DNA from: Pristiophorus japonicus | Lineage: Eukaryota | Direction of reading: 5' to 3' | NCBI RefSeq assembly: GCF_044704955.1 | Contig: NC_091984.1 | Span: 145,080,001 to 145,144,000 of the forward strand | DNA: 64,000 nucleotides | Shown: positions 25,419 through 35,582 of the stretch, piece by piece | Numbering within the stretch: the first letter of the stretch is position 1 | Layout of the letters: each line of letters starts with the position of its first letter | Made by a program: the position numbers and the translations under genes | The notes under the pieces: model-generated | Told to the model about the DNA's origin: nothing | What the model saw: only the letters and a program-made list of their open reading frames with translations | Databases searched by the model: none

Positions 25419-25635
25419 CAGAGAGAGAGTGAGAGAGGGAGAGAGTGAGGGGGAGAGAGTGTAAGGGAGAGGAGGCGACAGGGAGGCAGGGATGAAGAGG
25501 GAGTGAGGGGGAGGGCAGGAGAAACAGAGTCAGCGAGACTGGTGAGAGAGAGAGAGAGTGTGAGAAACAGTGAGTGAAACACTGAGAAAGAGACACAGAG
25601 TGAGACACACACAGACAGAGAGAGGAGGAGAGAGA
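25419..25635. repeat. (GA)n-rich purine tract just upstream of the J RSS
   Basis: Low-complexity GAGA/GTGA runs. Confidence 0.85.
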
Positions 25636-25655
25636 CTTCGTGAGCCAGGGACGGA

Positions 25656-25694
25656 AGATATTGTACAGCCACTGCACTGGAAGCTGTCACTGTG
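25656..25694 (-). other. J recombination signal sequence, 23-bp spacer, degenerate nonamer
   Basis: On +: AGATATTGT (consensus GGTTTTTGT) + 23 nt ACAGCCACTGCACTGGAAGCTGT + CACTGTG (consensus heptamer). Confidence 0.9.
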
Positions 25695-25729
25695 GCTCAC
25701 GTTTGGTAAAGGAACCAAGCTCAGACTGA
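25695..25729 (+). CDS. IGKJ: Ig kappa J segment (LTFGKGTKLRL)
   Basis: FGxG motif directly after the heptamer; phase-1 donor GTAAGT at 25730 matches the phase of the C acceptor. Confidence 0.95.
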
Positions 25730-25814
25730 GTAAGTAAACCCCAATGCTCCGTTATTAACACTTTAAATACTGAATCTTTCTGAGACACAAATACTGAATA
25801 GGGGAAGATTTTAG

Positions 25815-26310
25815 TTTACACAGGATTACATCGGATATACAGTCCAGAAACAGGCCATTCGGCCCAACCAGTCCATGCCGGTGTTTATGCTCCATTCGAG
25901 CCTCCCGTCTTTCCTCATCTAAATCTATCAGTATAACACCCTATTCCCTTCTCCCTCATATCCCTGTCTAGCCTCCCCTTAAATACATCGATACTATTCA
26001 CTTCAATCACTCCCTGTGGTAGCCAGTTCCACATTCTCACCACATGCTGGGTTAAGAATTTTCTCCTGAATTCCCGATTGGATTTCTTGCTGAGTATCTT
26101 ATATTGAAGGTCTCTAGTTCTGATCTTCCCAACAAGTGGAAACAATCTCTCTGTATCCACTCTATTAAAACCTTTCCAAATGTTAAAGAACTCTATCAGG
26201 TCACCCCTCAGCCTCAAGAGAAAAGAGCCCCAGCCTGTTCATCCTTTCCTGATATGTACACCCTCGCATTTCTGGTCCCATCCTTGTAAACCTTCTCTGC
26301 ACCCTCTCCT
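25815..26310 (-). mobile_element. CR1 3' fragment in the J-C intron
   Basis: RLRGDLIE...FLTQHVVRMWNWLP. Confidence 0.85.
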
Positions 26311-27144
26311 GTGCCTGTGCATGGGTTATATAATATGGTGGGGAGCTGCGGTGAATGAAAGTGTTAATTGAAGAGTGCTGTGTATGACAGGGTGCCCGGC
26401 TGTATTCCTTTACCCACACTCCCTCTTCACCCAGCAAAGTATAAGTAACGAACTGTTACCCACCGTGTGGAGGAGATCTGGACGTTGGCACACTGCGGTC
26501 CCATCCCTGTACCATCCCCGGAAATCGCTCCCTAGCCTCCTCCCTGTCTCAGTGTGACAGACACGGTGTGTGAGACATAGGCAGAGTGTGGGTGTGAGTG
26601 AGTGAGCTCGCTGGGGGCAGTCTGTGCTCCTGTCACAGTCTCTGATATAACTGAGCTCAGCCTCAGCACACTGACACTCCCGAGGTCCCGCCTCCCCCAG
26701 CTCCAACTCTGATCTTTCCAGCCCCCGCTCACCTCCTGTCCAACTTCTGATCGCAAACAGGGGCAGCAGGGCTCGCAATCCAGCGGCTGCAGTGCTCCAG
26801 GGTTGTGGGGAGACTCTCAGTTGCTGTTTCTGTGGCTCGAGTTCAGGCCGATATTTATCCTCGACCTACATCGCTTAAATGCTCAATTACCTCATTGCTG
26901 TGTGTGGGAGCTTGCTGTGCACAAATTAGTTGCTGTATTTCCCACATTCCAACAGTGACTGCACTTCAAAATGTACTTCATTGGCTGTGAAGCACTTTGG
27001 ACATCCTGAGGTGTGAAAGGCGCTGTATAAATGCAGGTCTTTCTTTAATTTCTCTTTTCTTTTTATTAACTGGGACTCGCACAATTCCCCTGCTGATTAA
27101 ACCTGGACCCAGTAGAAAATCCCCAGAACACGGATTAATGTTCC

Positions 27145-27600
27145 ATAAGAACATGGGAATTAGTAGCAGGAGGAGGACATTCAGCCCCTTGAGCCTACTC
27201 CGCCATTCAATGAGATCATGGCTGATCTTCTCCCTCAACTCCACTTTCCTGCACTGTCCCCATATCCCTCGATTCCCTTAATATCCAAAAATCTATCGAT
27301 CTCCGGAATATACTCAAGGACTGAGCCTCCACAGCCCTCTGGGGTAGAGAATTCCAGAGATTTACCACCCTCTGAATGAAGAGGTTTCTCCTCATCTCAG
27401 TCCTGAATGGCCGACCCCTTATTCTGAGACTGTGACCCCTGGCTCTAGACTCCCCAGCCAGAGGAAACATCCTCCCTGCATCTACCCTGTCTATCCCTGT
27501 CAGAATCTTGTATATTTCAATGAGATCCCCTTTCATTCTTCGAAACGCTAGAGAATATAGGCCTAGTCTAGTCAGTCTCTCCATAGGACAATCCCCCATC
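27145..27600 (-). mobile_element. CR1 3' fragment in the J-C intron
   Basis: RRMKGDLIEIYKIL...QRVVNLWNSLP; CATAAGAA tail. Confidence 0.87.
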
Positions 27601-27856
27601 CCAGATGTCCGTCTGATGTGTTTGCGTGTTTGTCACACGTGACGGAGCAAACAGCAGGAGTTCCACCAGCAACACAGGACGTTACCTCAGTGCCCGGCCC
27701 ACTTTCCCCATCCACTTACCTCATTCTTACAGGTAAACGGGCTCAGCGCCTGCCCTCGGCCGGTGAAATGACTCCCCTCTACACCACAGGCTGCCCGTGA
27801 TCTGCTCCCCATCTCACTCCTGAAGGCACTACCTCTGGCTGGGGCACAGCTCCCCT

Positions 27857-28304
27857 CCCCAAGTGGGCTCACTGTCCCAGTGTGAGCCCAGAGACTGAAC
27901 TCCCCAAGTGGGCTCATTGTCCCAGTGTGAGCCCAGAGACTGAGCTCCCCAAGTGGGCTCATTGTCCCAGTGTGAACCCAGAGACTGAGCTTCCCAAGTG
28001 GGCTCACTGTCCCAGTGTGAGCCCAGAGACTGAGATCCCCAAGTGGGCTCACTGTCCCAGTGTGAGCCCAGAGACTGAGCTCCCCAAGTCGGCTCACTTT
28101 CCCAATGTGAGCCCAGAGACTGAGCTCCCCAAGTGGGCTCACTGTCCCAGTGTGAGCCCAGAGACTGAGATCCCCAAGTGGGCTCATTGTCCCAGTGTGA
28201 ACCCAGAGACTGAGCTTCCCAAGTGGGCTCACTGTCCCAGTGTGAGCCCAGAGACTGAGATCCCCAAGTGGGCTCATTGTCCCAGTGTGAACCCAGAGAC
28301 TGAG
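27857..28304. repeat. 45-bp minisatellite, 10 copies (TCCCCAAGTGGGCTCACTGTCCCAGTGTGAGCCCAGAGACTGAGC)
   Basis: 45-bp period; 15-aa repeat in the overlapping ORFs. Confidence 0.95.
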
Positions 28305-28374
28305 CGTATCAGGCTAATCGACTGTGAGGTGTGAGCCGTGTCTCAATCACAAGCTACGCTCAGCTCTGAGAAGA

Positions 28375-28662
28375 GAAAGAAAGAATTGTATTTATATAGT
28401 GCCTTTCATGACCACCAGACATCCCAATGTGCTTTACACCCAATGAAGTCCTTTTTGAAGTGTACTCACTGTTGTAATGTAGGAAATGCAGCAGTAAATT
28501 TGTGCACAGCAAGCTCCCACAAACAGCAATGTGCTGATAACCAAATAACCTGTTTTTGTTATGTTGATTGAGGGATAAATATTGGCCAGGACACCGAAGT
28601 GGGATTTGAACCCACAATTTCTGACTCCGAAGCGAGGGTGCTACCAACTGAGCCACTTGCTG
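28375..28662 (-). mobile_element. tRNA-derived SINE (SacSINE1-like, L2-type tail)
   Basis: Minus strand A box GTGGCTCAGTTGG and B box GGTTCAAATCC; 3' end CACTATATAAATACAA. Confidence 0.75.
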
Positions 28663-28664
28663 AC

Positions 28665-31600
28665 ACAATGCGGCCCATTGTGTCCGTGACAGCCAAAAAA
28701 GAGCTACCCAGACTAATTCCACTTTCCAGCTCTTGGTCCATAGCCCAGTGGGTTACGGCACTTGAAGTGCACATCCAAGTACTTCTTCAATGTGGTGAGG
28801 GTTTCTGCCTCGACCTCCCTTTCAGGCAGTGAGTTCCAGACCTCCACCACCTTCTGGGGGAAAATATTTCTCCTCAACTTCCCTTTACCCAAACCTTAAA
28901 TCTATATCACCTGGTTGTTGACCTCTCTCTTAAGGGAAATAGGTCCATCCTAACCACTCTATCTAGGCCCCTCATAATGTTATACACCTCAATTAAATCT
29001 CCCCTCAGCCTCCTCTGCTCCAAACAAAATAGCCTCAGCCTCTCCAATCTTTCCTCATAGCTAAAAATTTCCAGTCCTGGTAACATTCTTGTAAATTTCC
29101 TCTGTATCCTCTGTGGTGCAATCACACATTTCCTGTAATGTGGTGACCAGAACTGCACACAGTGCTCTACCTATGGTCTAAATTGTGTTTTATACAATTA
29201 TAGCATAACTTCCCTGCTCTTGTATTCCATGCCTCGACTAATAAAGTCAAATATTCTGTATGTCTTCTTAACCATCTTATCGACCTGGCCTGCTACCTTC
29301 AGAGATCTGTGCACATGCACTCCAAGGTCCATTTGTTCCTCTACACTTCTCAGTGTCCTACCATTTAATGTTTATTCCCTTGCCTTGTTAGACATCCCCA
29401 AATGCATTACCTCACAGTTCTCCAGATTGAATTCCATTTGCCACTGTTCTGCCCAACTGACCACTCCATTGATATCTTCCTGCTGTCTCCAGCTTTCTTC
29501 TTCGCTATCAACCGCACGGCCAGTTTTTGTATCATCTGCAAACTTCTTAATCATAGAAAAATAGAAACATAGAAAATAGGTGCAGGAGTAGGCCATTCGG
29601 CCCTTCGAGCCTGCACCACCATTCAATAAGATCATGGCTGATCATTCCCTCGGTATCTCTTTCCTGCTTTCTCTCCATACCCCTTGGATCATTGATGTAC
29701 ATTGTAAAGAGCTGGGGTCCTAGCACTGAGCCCTGCGGCACTCCACTAGTCACTGCCTGCCATTCTGAAAAGGACCCATTTATCTGCTTCCTGTCTGCCA
29801 ACCAGTTCTCTATCCACATCAGTATATTACCCTCAATACCATGTGCTTTGATTTGCACACCAGTCTCATGTGTGGGACCTTGTCGGGAATCATGTCCCCT
29901 ACATTGAAGTAGAAACATAAAATCAGAGAAAATATGTGCAGGAGTATGCCATTCGGCCCGTTGAGCCTGCAACACTATTTAATATGATCATGGCTGATCA
30001 TGCACTTCATTACCCCATTCCTGCTTTCTCTCCATACCCTTTGATCCCTTTAGCCGTAAGGGCCACATCAAACTCCCTTTTGCATATATCTAACAAATTG
30101 GCCTCAACAATTTTCTGTGGTAGAGAATTCCACATGCTCAGAACTCTCTGAGTGAAGAAGTTGCTCCTCATCTCGGTCTAAAATGGCTTACCCCTTATCC
30201 TTCGACTTGACCCCAGGTTCTGGACTTCCCCAACATCGGGAACATTCTTCCTGCATCTAACCTGTCCAATCCCGTCTGAATTTTATATGTTTCTATGAGA
30301 GCCCCTCTCATTCTTCTAAATTCCTTTGAATATAAGCCTGAATCATTGGTGTATATTACAAAGAACAAGGGACTTAGTACTGAGCCCTGTGGCACCCCAC
30401 TCGAAACAGCCTTCCAGTCACAAAAACACCCGTTGACCATTACCCTTTGCTTCCTGCCACTGAGCCAATTTTGGATCCAACTTGCCACTTTCCCTTGGAT
30501 CCCATGGGCTTTTACTTTTCTGCCATGTGGGTCCTTGCCAAAAGCCTTGCAAAAATCCATGTAGACTACATCAAAGGTGCAACGCTCATTGACCCTCCTT
30601 GTTATTTCCGCAAAAAAATCAATCAAGTTAGTCAGGCACGACCTTCCCTCAACAAATCTGTGCTGACTGTCCTTGATTAATCCATCCCTTTTGAGATGAC
30701 ACTTTATCCTCTCCCTCAGAATTGTTTCCAATAATTTTTCAACCACCGAGTTTAGGCTGACTGGTCTGTTATTAGTTGGTCTATCTCTTTCCCCCTTTTT
30801 AAACAAAGGTACCACATTAGCAGTCCTCCAGTCTTCTGACACCACACCTGTAGCTAGAGAGGATTGGAAAATGATGGTCAGAGCCTCCGCTACTTCCTCC
30901 CTTGCTTCTCTCAACAACCTGGGATACATTTCATCTGGGCCTGGTGAATTTACCACTTTCAAAGCTGCTAAGCCCCTAAATACTTCCTCTCTCACTATGT
31001 TTATCTCATCTAATATTTTACACTTCTCCTCAATTACAATGTCTGCATCGTCACTCTCTTCTGTGAAGACAGATGCAAAGTATTCATGAAGAACCATACC
31101 CACGTCTTCCGCCTCCACACACAGGTTACCTTTTTGGTCTCCAATAGGCCCAACTTTTTCCTTAGTTATCCTCTTGCTCTTTATGTATTTATAAAACATC
31201 TTTGGGTTTTCCTTGATTTTACTTGCCAATATTTTTTCATGCCTTCTCTTTGCATTCCTAATTTCCTTTTTAATTTTACCCCTGCACTTTCTATACTCCT
31301 CTGGGCTTTCTGCAGTATTTAGCTCTGGGTATCTGACATAAGCTTCCCTTTTTTGCCTTATCCTACCCTGTATGATCTTTGCCATGCAGGGGGCTCTTGA
31401 CTTGGGAGTGCCACCCTTTTCCTTTGTGCGAACATACTTGCTCTGAACACTTGAATGCCTCCCACTGCTCTGACACTGATTTACCTTCAATAGCTGTTTC
31501 CAGCACACTTTTGCGAAATCACCTCTCAGTTTAGTAAAACTGGCCTTTCCCCAATTGAGAACCTTTATTCCTGCTCTGTCTTTGTCCTTTTCCATAACTA

Positions 31601-32010
31601 CACTAAATCTAACTGAATTATGATCACTAGCACCAAAATGCTCTCCCACTGATACCCCTTCCACCTGCCCAGCTTCATTCCCTAAAACTAAGTCCAGAAA
31701 CGCCCCTCCCTTGTTGAGCTTGCTACGTACTGGCTATAAAAGTTCTCCTGAATGCCTTTTAAGAATTCTGCGCCCTCTATACCTTTGACACTGATTCCAT
31801 CCCAGTTAATGTGAGGGGAGTTGAAATCCCCGACTATTGCTGCCCGATTGTTTTTGCACTTCTCAGCAATTTGCCGACATATTTTCTCTTCTATCTCCCT
31901 CTGACTGTTTAGGGGTCTATAGTACACTCCCAGCATTGTGACCGGCCCTTTTATATTCATCAGTTTAACCCATATGGCTTCATTTGATGATCCTTCTAAC
32001 ATACCATCCC
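28665..32010 (-). mobile_element. Nested CR1 LINEs (endonuclease through RT to 3' end) in the J-C intron
   Basis: ORF 30195-31664(-) SDHNSVRF...SPGPDEM...SGVPQGSVL; 31688-32002 VYYRP...GDFN; internal CR1 3' ends at ~29550 and ~29915. Confidence 0.9.
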
Positions 32011-32889
32011 TCTGTCAGAGGTGCCGTCTTTCAGATGAGACGTTAAACCGAAGTCCCGTCTGTCCTCTCAGGTGGACATGAAAGATCTCATAATCACTAT
32101 TGGAAGGGCAAGGGGGTTCTTCACAGTGTCCTGGCCAATATTTATCCCACAACCAACAGAGTTAAAACCGATGATCTGGTCATGATCTCATTGCAGTCTG
32201 GGAGATTCATAGAATCAGAGAAATTTACAGCATGAGAAAAGAACATTCGGCCCATTGCCTCCGCACCGTCCTATCCACTCTATCTAGGCCCCTCATAATT
32301 TTATACACCTCAATAAGGTCTCCCCGCAGCCTCCTCTGTTCCAAAGAAAACAAACCCAGCCTATCCAATCTTTCCTCATAGCTAAAATTTTCCAGTCCAG
32401 GCAACATCCTCGTAAATCTTCCTGTGTGCAATTGGTTGTAAAGCACCTTGGGACATCCTGAGGTTGTGAAAGGCGCTATATAAATTCAAGGCTTTCTTTC
32501 ATTGAAGTGGGAGGGCCCTGATCCTGACCCTCGCCCATTATCCGCGCACTCTGTCACAGGATCATTGGAAGCAGTGACCCTGCCTGACCCCGGTAAACTG
32601 AGGCTAATTGTAGCCTCACCCTTGACCTCACCCCGGTGCTGGGCAGCAAGCTTTTAAATGCAATCTAGAAGCTTCTACACCGACCCCCAACATGAAGCCT
32701 TGCTGCAGTGTGTTTATACAAGTGTGCCGCAATGTTCCCGGATAAAGTTCTCCCGATCTGTGTGTGATCTGAGCTTTCTCACTGCTGAGCCTGTTTCCCC
32801 TGTATCCACCCATCTACAGTTCGAGCTTCCTGCCAGTGAACAGCATCTTAACAGGACACTCAGTCTTTACCGACTCTTACTGTTAACCA

Positions 32890-33250
32890 TTTCAGTGCTG
32901 AGGGAGTGCCCGCACTGTCGGAGGTGTCGTCTTACAGATGAAACGTTAAACCGAGGCCCCGTCTGCCCTCTCAGCTGGATGTAAAAGATCACACGCCATT
33001 ATTTCAAAGAGCAGGGGAGTTCTCCCTGGTGTCCTGTTCAATATTTATCCCTCAACCAACATGACAAAAGAACAGATTATTAGGTCATTATCACATCGCT
33101 GTTTGTGGGAGCTTGCTGTGCGAGGATTGGCTGCCGTGTTTCCCACATTACAACAGTGACTACACTCCAAAAGTACTTCATTGGCTGTAAAGTGATTTGA
33201 GATGTCCGGTGGTTGTGAAAGGTGTAATATAAATGCAAGGTTTTTTTTTT
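32890..33250 (+). mobile_element. SacSINE1-like SINE body and tail (related pieces at ~26850-27045 and ~32013-32500)
   Basis: Core GGAGGTGYCGTCTT...TTAAACCGAGGCCCCGTCTG and tail ATATAAATGCAAG recur in several copies. Confidence 0.7.
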
Positions 33251-33481
33251 AATCACTTTAATATCGAACGCATTTATAATTACATTAAATTGATCAAGCG
33301 AGGCAAATAAGATTCAGAATTAGTGTTGCTCGCCTCTAATAGTTAATCGCCATCCAGAAGTTCATTAACCCAACTCTCCGTTATCAGATGTGAATTATCC
33401 CCACACGGAAACACCCACAGAGACACACACACACACACGGACGAATATACACCTATTAAACAGACTTCTCCTTCCTTTCAG

Positions 33482-33810
33482 GCCGAGGGAAGACACCACC
33501 CACGCTGACCCTGCTGCCCCCCTCCCCGGAGGAGGTCACGACCAAGGGCACTGCCACCCTGGTGTGCCTCGCCGATCACTTCTACCCCGATGCGGTGGAG
33601 GTGGAGTGGAAGAAGGACGGGGCGATCATTTCGGCCGGGGTCCAGACCAGCGACTACCTGCGAGCTTCGGACAACACCTACAGTGTCAGCAGCCTGCTGA
33701 CCCTCTCTGGCTCCGACTGGGAGTCCAACGCCAGCTTCTCCTGCAGCCTCACCCACGAGAGTCTCTCCTCTCCCCTCAGCAAGGGCATCAGGAGAGCAGA
33801 ATGTGCGTAG
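33482..33810 (+). CDS. IGKC: Ig kappa constant exon, intact
   Basis: Acceptor CTTCCTTTCAG at 33481; (S)RGKTPPTLTLLPPSPEEVTTKGTATLVCLADHFYP...W...YSVSSLLTL...FSCSLTHE...ECA*; C1-set motifs and penultimate interchain Cys. Confidence 0.96.
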
Positions 33811-33967
33811 TGTGTCAGGGACAGTCCGGGGGGAGACGCAACTTTAAATAGAACAGGGGGTGAGCTGGGAGGGCAAAGGTCATTGTCAGCACTGCATTTC
33901 TACTCTCTTCCTTCTCGGGCCTGGGTCAGGGAAAGCATCTGAGGGTCAGGGGGTAAGGCACGTTATT

Positions 33968-34175
33968 GGGGCAGTGTAAGGGGAGCTTTACTCTGTATCT
34001 AACCCATGCTGTACCTGCGCTGGGAGGGTTTGATGGGGCAGTGTCGAGGGAGCTTTACTCTGTATCTAACCCGTGCTGTACCTGCCCTGGGAGTGTTTGA
34101 TGGGACAGTGTCGAGGGAGCTTTACTCTGTATCTAACCTGTGCTGCACCTGCCCTGGGAGGGTTTGATGGGACAA
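33968..34175. repeat. ~66-bp tandem repeat x3 in the IgL 3' UTR
   Basis: GGGAGCTTTACTCTGTATCTAACC..TGCTG.ACCTG..CTGGGAG..TTTGATGGG repeated three times. Confidence 0.85.
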
Positions 34176-34373
34176 TGTTGACTCGTGCTGCCAAGTAAAA
34201 CCTCTCGAAGATGCTGAGGACTGTCAGCAGAGTAAAACTAATGTTAAACTGCGAAGTGCCACTTCAGTAAGCAGACCCCCTCCCTGCTCACCCTGCTGTT
34301 ACAATTCAAGGTTTAGTCCCCGTTTAAAGGGACAGGATTCTCACGGTGTGGACAGAATCCCCACAACTGTTTT

Positions 34374-34500
34374 AATAAAGCTGCATTCTCCCTGTGAATG
34401 TCTCCAGCTCGCTCTCGCTGGGCTGTTTATTCAAGTCTTGTTTCTGTAAATGTGAATCTGTAAAAGGCAATAAACGTGAAGAATATTCAGTCTGTGTCTG
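34374..34500 (+). terminator. Polyadenylation signals of the IgL transcript
   Basis: AATAAA at 34374-34379 and 34469-34474; the second is followed by GT-rich TCTGTGTCTGG. Confidence 0.7.
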
Positions 34501-34977
34501 GCGACTGCTTTGGAAATGTCCCACCTCCCCCTCAGCTGGATTGGCTGCATTTCAGTAAGTGTATGTCCTGATTGGCTGGGTGGGCTGTCAATCAATGGCA
34601 CGTCAGCAGAAGATTTGTTTTAAAGCCAATTATCAATCATTTTAAAACGATCAATTTGACCTCGAACTCCTGGAGTGCACAAGATTAAACACAGAGACAC
34701 TAAAAGCTGCTGGGATTAAACCCTCCCAGTCTGAGCATTGGCTCTCACTCTGCACACTGTGGGTGTTGGGGCAGCCCCCGATGGTGGGATCGCACTGTGC
34801 TGACTGCTGGGGTCAATCTGGGGGCAGGAGGCCATAGTCACAACGTTGCATTCTCTCTCCTTAACGTGTGGCTCCTGGCAGCAGCACAAAACTGTACCGA
34901 GTGAGGCCTCAGCTTCGGGAGAGGAGCAGTCAGTGTATTACCGTGTACATGTCCCTGAGTGTTAGTGTGGCTTCCCC

Positions 34978-35240
34978 AGTACCGCCTGTAGGTGTGTGTG
35001 TAGGTGTGTGTGTGTGTGTGTGACTGTTACCCAGCACCACCTGTAGGTGTGTGTGTGTGTGTGAATGTTACCCAGCACCACCTGTAGGTGTGTGTGTAGG
35101 TGTGTGTGTGTGTGTGACTGTTACCCAGCACCACCTGTAGGTGTGTGTGTGTGTGAATGTTACCCAGCAGTGCCTGCAGGTGTGTGTGTGTGTGTGTGAC
35201 TGTTACCGTTACCCAGCACCATCTGTAGGGGTGTGTGTGT
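34978..35240. repeat. Minisatellite GTTACCCAGCACCACCTGTAGGTG(TG)n, ~6 copies
   Basis: Constant core separated by variable (GT)n runs. Confidence 0.88.
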
Positions 35241-35582
35241 GAGCTCCAGCTCCTGGGGGGGTGGGGGAGGGTTGGTAGGGGAGTGGGGGGGTGCGGTGAT
35301 CGGGGCCTGACCTTTTGTGGAGCGGGGGGTCCAACGCAATCGGTGGCGGGGTTCCCTGGAAGGACAGGGCATCCGGGGAGACCAGAGTGGGGGAGGACTG
35401 GGGGGTGGTGGTGGTTGGGGAGGATGCTCGGGGACCAAGGGATCAGCCAGTCACCACTCTGCACACACTCTGCTCCCTCTGTGTCTCAGTCCAGTGTTGC
35501 AGTGGGCAGTTCAGGATCTGAGGCTCAGGCTGGTTCTCCGGCACCATCAGCGCCCTGTTGGGTAAGGGTATTAAGGGTTAAT

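Noticed and set aside
26400-27850. Intronic kappa-enhancer equivalent (NF-kB site)
   Set aside because: No convincing GGGRNNYYCC match seen; isolated E-boxes are expected by chance.
27687-28334. ORFs of 196 aa (-) and 150 aa (+); also a CRISPR-like look
   Set aside because: Products of a stop-free 45-bp minisatellite; no unique spacers, no cas genes, eukaryotic context.
28590-28662. tRNA-like A/B boxes (also at ~53270-53330)
   Set aside because: Continuous with a SINE body and tail, so a SINE head rather than a tRNA gene.
33390-33851. 153-aa ORF overlapping the C exon
   Set aside because: Alternative frame of the GC-rich C exon, starting in intronic (CA)n.
34750-34830. CACTGTG heptamers 3' of C
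   Set aside because: No nonamer at 12 or 23 bp and no J-like frame.
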